DNA from: Auanema rhodensis
Lineage: Eukaryota; Animalia; Nematoda
DNA: 64,000 bases
Direction: 5' to 3'
NCBI GenBank assembly: GCA_964057225.1
Contig: OZ059900.1
Span: 21,886,001 to 21,950,000, forward strand
A model generated the notes under the pieces. It was not told the DNA's origin. It worked only from the letters and a program-made list of their open reading frames with translations, and ran no database searches. Shown piece after piece: positions 1-12,000 of this stretch (position 1 is the stretch's first letter; the number at the start of each line of letters is the position of its first letter). The translations under genes were made by a program, and so were the position numbers.

Positions 1-3000
1 GTGGAACTAGACGTTGTACGAACAATTTTGAGCTAAGTTTCATTGACATTGCATGAGTTTGAACACATGAAATCGTAAGTCAAAACCTTGTTTACAGCGA
101 AATTTCCAAAAACTGGTTTTCCAGCATAATAAAATATTTCTCATGGGAAATACTGTGTTTTTGTTTTTTTCTAGTGTTCAGCATGTAAAATGCTTCATTT
201 TAGTATGTAACACGCTGAAATTCGTTGCATTTGACGACTCATATGAACAAAAATCGATTTAATCAATATTAGCCATAAGGGGCGTGCCCTCAGAATATAC
301 TAATTTCCTTAATTTTCTAACCCCTGTTTTTTTGTCGTGAAAGTGGAACTAGACGTTGTACGAACAATTTTGAGCTAGGTTTCATTGACATTGCATGAGT
401 TTGAACACATGAAATCGTAAGTCAAAACCTTGTTTACAGCGAAATTTCCAAAAACTGGTTTTCCAGCATAATAAAATATTTCTCATGGGAAATACTGTGT
501 TTTTGTATTTTTCTAGTGTTCAGCATGTAAAATGCTTCATTTTAGTATGTAACACGCTGAAATTCGTTGCATTTGACGACTCATATGAACAAAAATCGAT
601 TTAATCAATATTAGCCATGAGGGGCGTGCCCTCAGAATATGCTAATTTCCTTAATTTTCTAACCCCTGTTTTTTTGTCGTGAAAGTGGAACTAGGCGTTG
701 TACGAACAATTTTGAGCTAGGTTTCATTGACATTGCATGAGTTTGAACACATGAAATCGTAAGTCAAAACCTTGTTTACAGCGAAATTTCCAAAAACTGG
801 TTTTCCAGCATAATAAAATATTTCTCATGGGAAATACTGTGTTTTTGTATTTTTCTAGTGTTCAGCATGTTAAATGCTTCATTTTAGTATGTAACACGCT
901 GAAATTCGTTGCATTTGACGACTCATATGAACAAAAATCGATTTAATCAATATTAGCCATAAGGGGCGTGCCCTCAGAATATGCTAATTTCCTTAATTTT
1001 CTAACCCCTGTTTTTTTGTCGTGAAAGTGGAACTAGACGTTGTACGAACAATTTTGAGCTAGGTTTCATTAACATTGCATGAGTTTGAACACATGAAATC
1101 GTAAGTCAAAACCTTGTTTACAGCGAAATTTCCAAAAACTGGTTTTCCAGCATAATAAAATATTTCTCATGGGAAATACTGTGTTTTTGTATTTTTCTAG
1201 TGTTCAGCATGTAAAATGCTTCATTTTAGTATGTAACACGCTGAAATTCGTTGCATTTGACGACTCATATGAACAAAAATCGATTTAATCAATATTAGCC
1301 ATAAGGGGCGTGCCCTCAGAATATGCTAATTTCCTTAATTTTCTAACCCCTGTTTTTTTGTCGTGAAAGTGGAACTAGACGTTGTACGAACAATTTTGAG
1401 CTAGGTTTCATTGACATTGCATGAGTTTGAACACATGAAATCGTAAGTCAAAACCTTGTTTACAGCGAAATTTCCAAAAACTGGTTTTCCAGCATAATAA
1501 AATATTTCTCATGGGAAATACTGTATTTTTGTATTTTTCTAGTGTTCAGCATGTAAAATGCTTCATTTTAGTATGTAACACGCTGAAATTCGTTGCATTT
1601 GACGACTCATATGAACAAAAATCGATTTAATCAATATTAGCCATAAGGGGCGTGCCCTCAGAATATGCTAATTTCCTTAATTTTCTAACCCCTGTTTTTT
1701 TGTCGTGAAAGTGGAACTAGGCGTTGTACGAACAATTTTGAGCTAGGTTTCATTGACATTGCATGAGTTTGAACACATGAAATCGTAAGTCAAAACCTTG
1801 TTTACAGCGAAATTTCCAAAAACTGGTTTTCCAGCATAATAAAATATTTGTCATGGGAAATACTGTGTTTTTGTATTTTTCTAGTGTTCAGCATGTAAAA
1901 TGCTTCATTTTAGTATGTAACACGCTGAAATTCGTTGCATTTGACGACTCATATGAACAAAAATCGATTTAATCAATATTAGCCATAAGGGGCGTGCCCT
2001 CAGAATATGCTAATTTCCTTAATTTTCTAACCCCTGTTTTTTTGTCGTGAAAGTGGAACTAGACGTTGTACGAACAATTTTGAGCTAGGTTTCATTGACA
2101 TTGCATGAGTTTGAACACATGAAATCGTAAGTCAAAACCTTGTTTACAGCGAAATTTCCAAAAACTGGTTTTCCAGCATAATAAAATATTTCTCATGGGA
2201 AATACTGTGTTTTTGTATTTTTCTAGTGTTCAGCATGTTAAATGCTTCATTTTAGTATGTAACACGCTGAAATTCGTTGCATTTGACGACTCATATGAAC
2301 AAAAATCGATTTAATCAATATTAGCCATAAGGGGCGTGCCCTCAGAATATGCTAATTTCCTTAATTTTCTAACCCCTGTTTTTTTGTCGTGAAAGTGGAA
2401 CTAGACGTTGTACGAACAATTTTGAGCTAGGTTTCATTAACATTGCATGAGTTTGAACACATGAAATCGTAAGTCAAAACCTTGTTTACAGCGAAATTTC
2501 CAAAAACTGGTTTTCCAGCATAATAAAATATTTCTCATGGGAAATACTGTGTTTTTGTATTTTTCTAGTGTTCAGCATGTAAAATGCTTCATTTTAGTAT
2601 GTAACACGCTGAAATTCGTTGCATTTGACGACTCATATGAACAAAAATCGATTTAATCAATATTAGCCATAAGGGGCGTGCCCTCAGAATATGCTAATTT
2701 CCTTAATTTTCTAACCCCTGTTTTTTTGTCGTGAAAGTGGAACTAGACGTTGTACGAACAATTTTGAGCTAGGTTTCATTGACATTGCATGAGTTTGAAC
2801 ACATGAAATCGTAAGTCAAAACCTTGTTTACAGCGAAATTTCCAAAAACTGGTTTTCCAGCATAATAAAATATTTCTCATGGGAAATACTGTGTTTTTGT
2901 ATTTTTCTAGTGTTCAGCATGTAAAATGCTTCATTTTAGTATGTAACACGCTGAAATTCGTTGCATTTGACGACTCATATGAACAAAAATCGATTTAATC

Positions 3001-6000
3001 AATATTAGCCATAAGGGGCGTGCCCTCAGAATATGCTAATTTCCTTAATTTTCTAACCCCTGTTTTTTTGTCGTGAAAGTGGAACTAGACGTTGTACGAA
3101 CAATTTTGAGCTAAGTTTCATTGACATTGCATGAGTTTGAACACATGAAATCGTAAGTCAAAACCTTGTTTACAGCGAAATTTCCAAAAACTGGTTTTCC
3201 AGCATAATAAAATATTTCTCATGGGAAATACTGTGTTTTTGTTTTTTTCTAGTGTTCAGCATGTAAAATGCTTCATTTTAGTATGTAACACGCTGAAATT
3301 CGTTGCATTTGACGACTCATATGAACAAAAATCGATTTAATCAATATTAGCCATAAGGGGCGTGCCCTCAGAATATACTAATTTCCTTAATTTTCTAACC
3401 CCTGTTTTTTTGTCGTGAAAGTGGAACTAGACGTTGTACGAACAATTTTGAGCTAGGTTTCATTGACATTGCATGAGTTTGAACACATGAAATCGTAAGT
3501 CAAAACCTTGTTTACAGCGAAATTTCCAAAAACTGGTTTTCCAGCATAATAAAATATTTCTCATGGGAAATACTGTGTTTTTGTATTTTTCTAGTGTTCA
3601 GCATGTAAAATGCTTCATTTTAGTATGTAACACGCTGAAATTCGTTGCATTTGACGACTCATATGAACAAAAATCGATTTAATCAATATTAGCCATGAGG
3701 GGCGTGCCCTCAGAATATGCTAATTTCCTTAATTTTCTAACCCCTGTTTTTTTGTCGTGAAAGTGGAACTAGGCGTTGTACGAACAATTTTGAGCTAGGT
3801 TTCATTGACATTGCATGAGTTTGAACACATGAAATCGTAAGTCAAAACCTTGTTTACAGCGAAATTTCCAAAAACTGGTTTTCCAGCATAATAAAATATT
3901 TCTCATGGGAAATACTGTGTTTTTGTATTTTTCTAGTGTTCAGCATGTAAAATGCTTCATTTTAGTATGTAACACGCTGAAATTCGTTGCATTTGACGAC
4001 TCATATGAACAAAAATCGATTTAATCAATATTAGCCATAAGGGGCGTGCCCTCAGAATATGCTAATTTCCTTAATTTTCTAACCCCTGTTTTTTTGTCGT
4101 GAAAGTGGAACTAGACGTTGTACGAACAATTTTGAGCTAGGTTTCATTGACATTGCATGAGTTTGAACACATGAAATCGTAAGTCAAAACCTTGTTTACA
4201 GCGAAATTTCCAAAAACTGGTTTTCCAGCATAATAAAATATTTCTCATGGGAAATACTGTGTTTTTGTATTTTTCTAGTGTTCAGCATGTTAAATGCTTC
4301 ATTTTAGTATGTAACACGCTGAAATTCGTTGCATTTGACGACTCATATGAACAAAAATCGATTTAATCAATATTAGCCATAAGGGGCGTGCCCTCAGAAT
4401 ATGCTAATTTCCTTAATTTTCTAACCCCTGTTTTTTTGTCGTGAAAGTGGAACTAGACGTTGTACGAACAATTTTGAGCTAGGTTTCATTAACATTGCAT
4501 GAGTTTGAACACATGAAATCGTAAGTCAAAACCTTGTTTACAGCGAAATTTCCAAAAACTGGTTTTCCAGCATAATAAAATATTTCTCATGGGAAATACT
4601 GTGTTTTTGTATTTTTCTAGTGTTCAGCATGTAAAATGCTTCATTTTAGTATGTAACACGCTGAAATTCGTTGCATTTGACGACTCATATGAACAAAAAT
4701 CGATTTAATCAATATTAGCCATAAGGGGCGTGCCCTCAGAATATGCTAATTTCCTTAATTTTCTAACCCCTGTTTTTTTGTCGTGAAAGTGGAACTAGAC
4801 GTTGTACGAACAATTTTGAGCTAGGTTTCATTGACATTGCATGAGTTTGAACACATGAAATCGTAAGTCAAAACCTTGTTTACAGCGAAATTTCCAAAAA
4901 CTGGTTTTCCAGCATAATAAAATATTTCTCATGGGAAATACTGTGTTTTTGTTTTTTTCTAGTGTTCAGCATGTAAAATGCTTCATTTTAGTATGTAACA
5001 CGCTGAAATTCGTTGCATTTGACGACTCATATGAACAAAAATCGATTTAATCAATATTAGCCATAAGGGGCGTGCCCTCAGAATATACTAATTTCCTTAA
5101 TTTTCTAACCCCTGTTTTTTTGTCGTGAAAGTGGAACTAGACGTTGTACGAACAATTTTGAGCTAGGTTTCATTGACATTGCATGAGTTTGAACACATGA
5201 AATCGTAAGTCAAAACCTTGTTTACAGCGAAATTTCCAAAAACTGGTTTTCCAGCATAATAAAATATTTCTCATGGGAAATACTGTGTTTTTGTATTTTT
5301 CTAGTGTTCAGCATGTAAAATGCTTCATTTTAGTATGTAACACGCTGAAATTCGTTGCATTTGACGACTCATATGAACCAAAATCGATTTAATCAATATT
5401 AGCCATAAGGGGCGTGCCCTCAGAATATGCTAATTTCCTTAATTTTCTAACCCTTGTTTTTTTGTCGTGAAAGTGGAACTAGACGTTGTACGAACAATTT
5501 TGAGCTAGGTTTCATTGACATTGCATGAGTTTGAACACATGAAATCGTAAGTCAAAACCTTGTTTACAGCGAAATTTCCAAAAACTGGTTTTCCAGCATA
5601 ATAAAATATTTCTCATGGGAAATACTGTGTTTTTGTATTTTTCTAGTGTTCAGCATGTAAAATGCTTCATTTTAGTATGTAACACGCTGAAATTCGTTGC
5701 ATTTGACGACTCATATGAACAAAAATCGATTTAATCAATATTAGCCATAAGGGGCGTGCCCTCAGAATATGCTAATTTCCTTAATTTTCTAACCCCTGTT
5801 TTTTTGTCGTGAAAGTGGAACTAGACGTTGTACGAACAATTTTGAGCTAGGTTTCATTAACATTGCATGAGTTTGAACACATGAAATCGTAAGTCAAAAC
5901 CTTGTTTACAGCGAAATTTCCAAAAACTGGTTTTCCAGCATAATAAAATATTTCTCATGGGAAATACTGTGTTTTTGTATTTTTCTAGTGTTCAGCATGT

Positions 6001-9000
6001 AAAATGCTTCATTTTAGTATGTAACACGCTGAAATTCGTTGCATTTGACGACTCATATGAACAAAAATCGATTTAATCAATATTAGCCATAAGGGGCGTG
6101 CCCTCAGAATATGCTAATTTCCTTAATTTTCTAACCCCTGTTTTTTTGTCGTGAAAGTGGAACTAGACGTTGTACGAACAATTTTGAGCTAGGTTTCATT
6201 GACATTGCATGAGTTTGAACACATGAAATCGTAAGTCAAAACCTTGTTTACAGCGAAATTTCCAAAAACTGGTTTTCCAGCATAATAAAATATTTCTCAT
6301 GGGAAATACTGTGTTTTTGTATTTTTCTAGTGTTCAGCATGTAAAATGCTTCATTTTAGTATGTAACACGCTGAAATTCGTTGCATTTGACGACTCATAT
6401 GAACAAAAATCGATTTAATCAATATTAGCCATAAGGGGCGTGCCCTCAGAATATGCTAATTTCCTTAATTTTCTAACCCCTGTTTTTTTGTCGTGAAAGT
6501 GGAACTAGACGTTGTACGAACAATTTTGAGCTAAGTTTCATTGACATTGCATGAGTTTGAACACATGAAATCGTAAGTCAAAACCTTGTTTACAGCGAAA
6601 TTTCCAAAAACTGGTTTTCCAGCATAATAAAATATTTCTCATGGGAAATACTGTGTTTTTGTTTTTTTCTAGTGTTCAGCATGTAAAATGCTTCATTTTA
6701 GTATGTAACACGCTGAAATTCGTTGCATTTGACGACTCATATGAACAAAAATCGATTTAATCAATATTAGCCATAAGGGGCGTGCCCTCAGAATATGCTA
6801 ATTTCCTTAATTTTCTAACCCCTGTTTTTTTGTCGTGAAAGTGGAACTAGGCGTTGTACGAACAATTTTGAGCTAGGTTTCATTGACATTGCATGAGTTT
6901 GAACACATGAAATCGTAAGTCAAAACCTTGTTTACAGCGAAATTTCCAAAAACTGGTTTTCCAGCATAATAAAATATTTCTCATGGGAAATACTGTGTTT
7001 TTGTATTTTTCTAGTGTTCAGCATGTAAAATGCTTCATTTTAGTATGTAACACGCTGAAATTCGTTGCATTTGACGACTCATATGAACAAAAATCGATTT
7101 AATCAATATTAGCCATAAGGGGCGTGCCCTCAGAATATGCTAATTTCCTTAATTTTCTAACCCCTGTTTTTTTGTCGTGAAAGTGGAACTAGACGTTGTA
7201 CGAACAATTTTGAGCTAGGTTTCATTGACATTGCATGAGTTTGAACACATGAAATCGTAAGTCAAAACCTTGTTTACAGCGAAATTTCCAAAAACTGGTT
7301 TTCCAGCATAATAAAATATTTCTCATGGGAAATACTGTGTTTTTGTATTTTTCTAGTGTTCAGCATGTTAAATGCTTCATTTTAGTATGTAACACGCTGA
7401 AATTCGTTGCATTTGACGACTCATATGAACAAAAATCGATTTAATCAATATTAGCCATAAGGGGCGTGCCCTCAGAATATGCTAATTTCCTTAATTTTCT
7501 AACCCCTGTTTTTTTGTCGTGAAAGTGGAACTAGACGTTGTACGAACAATTTTGAGCTAGGTTTCATTAACATTGCATGAGTTTGAACACATGAAATCGT
7601 AAGTCAAAACCTTGTTTACAGCGAAATTTCCAAAAACTGGTTTTCCAGCATAATAAAATATTTCTCATGGGAAATACTGTGTTTTTGTATTTTTCTAGTG
7701 TTCAGCATGTAAAATGCTTCATTTTAGTATGTAACACGCTGAAATTCGTTGCATTTGACGACTCATATGAACAAAAATCGATTTAATCAATATTAGCCAT
7801 AAGGGGCGTGCCCTCAGAATATGCTAATTTCCTTAATTTTCTAACCCCTGTTTTTTTGTCGTGAAAGTGGAACTAGACGTTGTACGAACAATTTTGAGCT
7901 AGGTTTCATTGACATTGCATGAGTTTGAACACATGAAATCGTAAGTCAAAACCTTGTTTACAGCGAAATTTCCAAAAACTGGTTTTCCAGCATAATAAAA
8001 TATTTCTCATGGGAAATACTGTGTTTTTGTATTTTTCTAGTGTTCAGCATGTAAAATGCTTCATTTTAGTATGTAACACGCTGAAATTCGTTGCATTTGA
8101 CGACTCATATGAACAAAAATCGATTTAATCAATATTAGCCATAAGGGGCGTGCCCTCAGAATATGCTAATTTCCTTAATTTTCTAACCCCTGTTTTTTTG
8201 TCGTGAAAGTGGAACTAGACGTTGTACGAACAATTTTGAGCTAAGTTTCATTGACATTGCATGAGTTTGAACACATGAAATCGTAAGTCAAAACCTTGTT
8301 TACAGCGAAATTTCCAAAAACTGGTTTTCCAGCATAATAAAATATTTCTCATGGGAAATACTGTGTTTTTGTTTTTTTCTAGTGTTCAGCATGTAAAATG
8401 CTTCATTTTAGTATGTAACACGCTGAAATTCGTTGCATTTGACGACTCATATGAACAAAAATCGATTTAATCAATATTAGCCATAAGGGGCGTGCCCTCA
8501 GAATATACTAATTTCCTTAATTTTCTAACCCCTGTTTTTTTGTCGTGAAAGTGGAACTAGACGTTGTACGAACAATTTTGAGCTAGGTTTCATTGACATT
8601 GCATGAGTTTGAACACATGAAATCGTAAGTCAAAACCTTGTTTACAGCGAAATTTCCAAAAACTGGTTTTCCAGCATAATAAAATATTTCTCATGGGAAA
8701 TACTGTGTTTTTGTATTTTTCTAGTGTTCAGCATGTAAAATGCTTCATTTTAGTATGTAACACGCTGAAATTCGTTGCATTTGACGACTCATATGAACAA
8801 AAATCGATTTAATCAATATTAGCCATAAGGGGCGTGCCCTCAGAATATGCTAATTTCCTTAATTTTCTAACCCCTGTTTTTTTGTCGTGAAAGTGGAACT
8901 AGACGTTGTACAAACAATTTTGAGCTAGGTTTCATTGACATTGCATGAGTTTGAACACATGAAATCGTAAGTCAAAACCTTGTTTACAGCGAAATTTCCA

Positions 9001-12000
9001 AAAACTGGTTTTCCAGCATAATAAAATATTTCTCATGGGAAATACTGTGTTTTTGTATTTTTCTAGTGTTCAGCATGTAAAATGCTTCATTTTAGTATGT
9101 AACACGCTGAAATTCGTTGCATTTGACGACTCATATGAACAAAAATCGATTTAATCAATATTAGCCATAAGGGGCGTGCCCTCAGAATATACTAATTTCC
9201 TTAATTTTCTAACCCCTGTTTTTTTGTCGTGAAAGTGGAACTAGACGTTGTACGAACAATTTTGAGCTAGGTTTCATTGACATTGCATGAGTTTGAACAC
9301 ATGAAATCGTAAGTCAAAACCTTGTTTACAGCGAAATTTCCAAAAACTGGTTTTCCAGCATAATAAAATATTTCTCATGGGAAATACTGTGTTTTTGTAT
9401 TTTTCTAGTGTTCAGCATGTAAAATGCTTCATTTTAGTATGTAACACGCTGAAATTCGTTGCATTTGACGACTCATATGAACCAAAATCGATTTAATCAA
9501 TATTAGCCATAAGGGGCGTGCCCTCAGAATATGCTAATTTCCTTAATTTTCTAACCCTTGTTTTTTTGTCGTGAAAGTGGAACTAGACGTTGTACGATTA
9601 ATTTTGAGCTAGGTTTCATTGACATTGCATGAGTTTGAACACATGAAATCGTAAGTCAAAACCTTGTTTACAGCGAAATTTCCAAAAACTGGTTTTCCAG
9701 CATAATAAAATATTTCTCATGGGAAATACTGTGTTTTTGTATTTTTCTAGTGTTCAGCATGTAAAATGCTTCATTTTAGTATGTAACACGCTGAAATTCG
9801 TTGCATTTGACGACTCATATGAACCAAAATCGATTTAATCAATATTAGCCATAAGGGGCGTGCCCTCAGAATATGCTAATTTCCTTAATTTTCTAACCCT
9901 TGTTTTTTTGTCGTGAAAGTGGAACTAGACGTTGTACGATTAATTTTGAGCTAGGTTTCATTGACATTGCATGAGTTTGAACACATGAAATCGTAAGTCA
10001 AAACCTTGTTTACAGCGAAATTTCCAAAAACTGGTTTTCCAGCATAATAAAATATTTCTCATGGGAAATACTGTGTTTTTGTATTTTTCTAGTGTTCAGC
10101 ATGTAAAATGCTTCATTTTAGTATGTAACACGCTGAAATTCGTTGCATTTGACGACTCATATGAACAAAAATCGATTTAATCAATATTAGCCATAAGGGG
10201 CGTGCCCTCAGAATATGCTAATTTCCTTAATTTTCTAACCCCTGTTTTTTTGTCGTGAAAGTGGAACTAGACGTTGTACGAACAATTTTGAGCTAAGTTT
10301 CATTGACATTGCATGAGTTTGAACACATGAAATCGTAAGTCAAAACCTTGTTTACAGCGAAATTTCCAAAAACTGGTTTTCCAGCATAATAAAATATTTC
10401 TCATGGGAAATACTGTGTTTTTGTTTTTTTCTAGTGTTCAGCATGTAAAATGCTTCATTTTAGTATGTAACATGCAGAAATTCGTTGCATTTGACGACTC
10501 ATATGAACAAAAATCGATTTAATCAATATTAGCCATAAGGGGCGTGCCCTCAGAATATGCTAATTTCCTTAATTTTCTAACCCCTGTTTTTTTGTCGTGA
10601 AAGTGGAACTAGACGTTGTACGAACAATTTTGAGCTAGGTTTCATTGACATTGCATGAGTTTGAACACATGAAATCGTAAGTCAAAACCTTGTTTACAGC
10701 GAAATTTCCAAAAACTGGTTTTCCAGCATAATAAAATATTTCTCATGGGAAATACTGTGTTTTTGTTTTTTTCTAGTGTTCAGCATGTAAAATGCTTCAT
10801 TTTAGTATGTAACACGCTGAAATTCGTTGCATTTGACGACTCATATGAACAAAAATCGATTTAATCAATATTAGCCATAAGGGGCGTGCCCTCAGAATAT
10901 GCTAATTTCCTTAATTTTCTAACCCCTGTTTTTTTGTCGTGAAAGTGAAACTAGACGTTGTACGAACAAATTTGAGCTAGGTTTCATTGACATTGCATGA
11001 GTTTGAACACATGAAATCGTAAGTCAAAACCTTGTTTACAGCGAAATTTCCAAAAACTGGTTTTCCAGCATAATAAAATATTTCTCATGGGAAATACTGT
11101 GTTTTTGTATTTTTCTAGTGTTCAGCATGTAAAATGTTTCATTTTAGTATGTAACACGCTGAAATTCGTTGCATTTGACGACTCATATGAACAAAAATCG
11201 ATTTAATCAATATTAGCCATAAGGGGCGTGCCCTCAGAATATGCTAATTTCCTTAATTTTCTAACCCTTGTTTTTTTGTCGTGAAAGTGGAACTAGACGT
11301 TGTACGAACAATTTTGAGCTAGGTTTCATTGACATTGCATGAGTTTGAACACATGAAATCGTAAGTCAAAACCTTGTTTACAGCGAAATTTCCAAAAACT
11401 GGTTTTCCAGCATAATAAAATATTTCTCATGGGAAATACTGTATTTTTGTATTTTTCTAGTGTTCAGCATGTAAAATGCTTCATTTTAGTATGTAACACG
11501 CTGAAATTCGTTGCATTTGACGACTCATATGAACAAAAATCGATTTAATCAATATTAGCCATAAGGGGCGTGCCCTCAGAATATGCTAATTTCCTTAATT
11601 TTCTAACCCCTGTTTTTTTGTCGTGAAAGTGGAACTAGGCGTTGTACGAACAATTTTGAGCTAGGTTTCATTGACATTGCATGAGTTTGAACACATGAAA
11701 TCGTAAGTCAAAACCTTGTTTACAGCGAAATTTCCAAAAACTGGTTTTCCAGCATAATAAAATATTTCTCATGGGAAATACTGTGTTTTTGTATTTTTCT
11801 AGTGTTCAGCATGTAAAATGCTTCATTTTAGTATGTAACACGCTGAAATTCGTTGCATTTGACGACTCATATGAACAAAAATCGATTTAATCAATATTAG
11901 CCATAAGGGGCGTGCCCTCAGAATATGCTAATTTCCTTAATTTTCTAACCCCTGTTTTTTTGTCGTGAAAGTGGAACTAGACGTTGTACGAACAATTTTG

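Noticed and set aside
317-325. Telomere-like CTAACCCCT motif
   Set aside because: There is a single copy per monomer and no tandem telomeric repeats.
1-342. 5S rDNA, tRNA, snRNA or spliced-leader tandem gene unit
   Set aside because: I recognise no 5S, tRNA cloverleaf/A-B box or snRNA sequence on either strand. An Rfam/Infernal search would settle it.
1-342. Assignment to a named satellite family (primate alpha-satellite dimer, or ~340-360-bp AT-rich beetle satellites)
   Set aside because: Only length and AT content agree. I do not recognise alpha-satellite sequence and cannot verify any other family without BLASTN, Dfam or Repbase searches.
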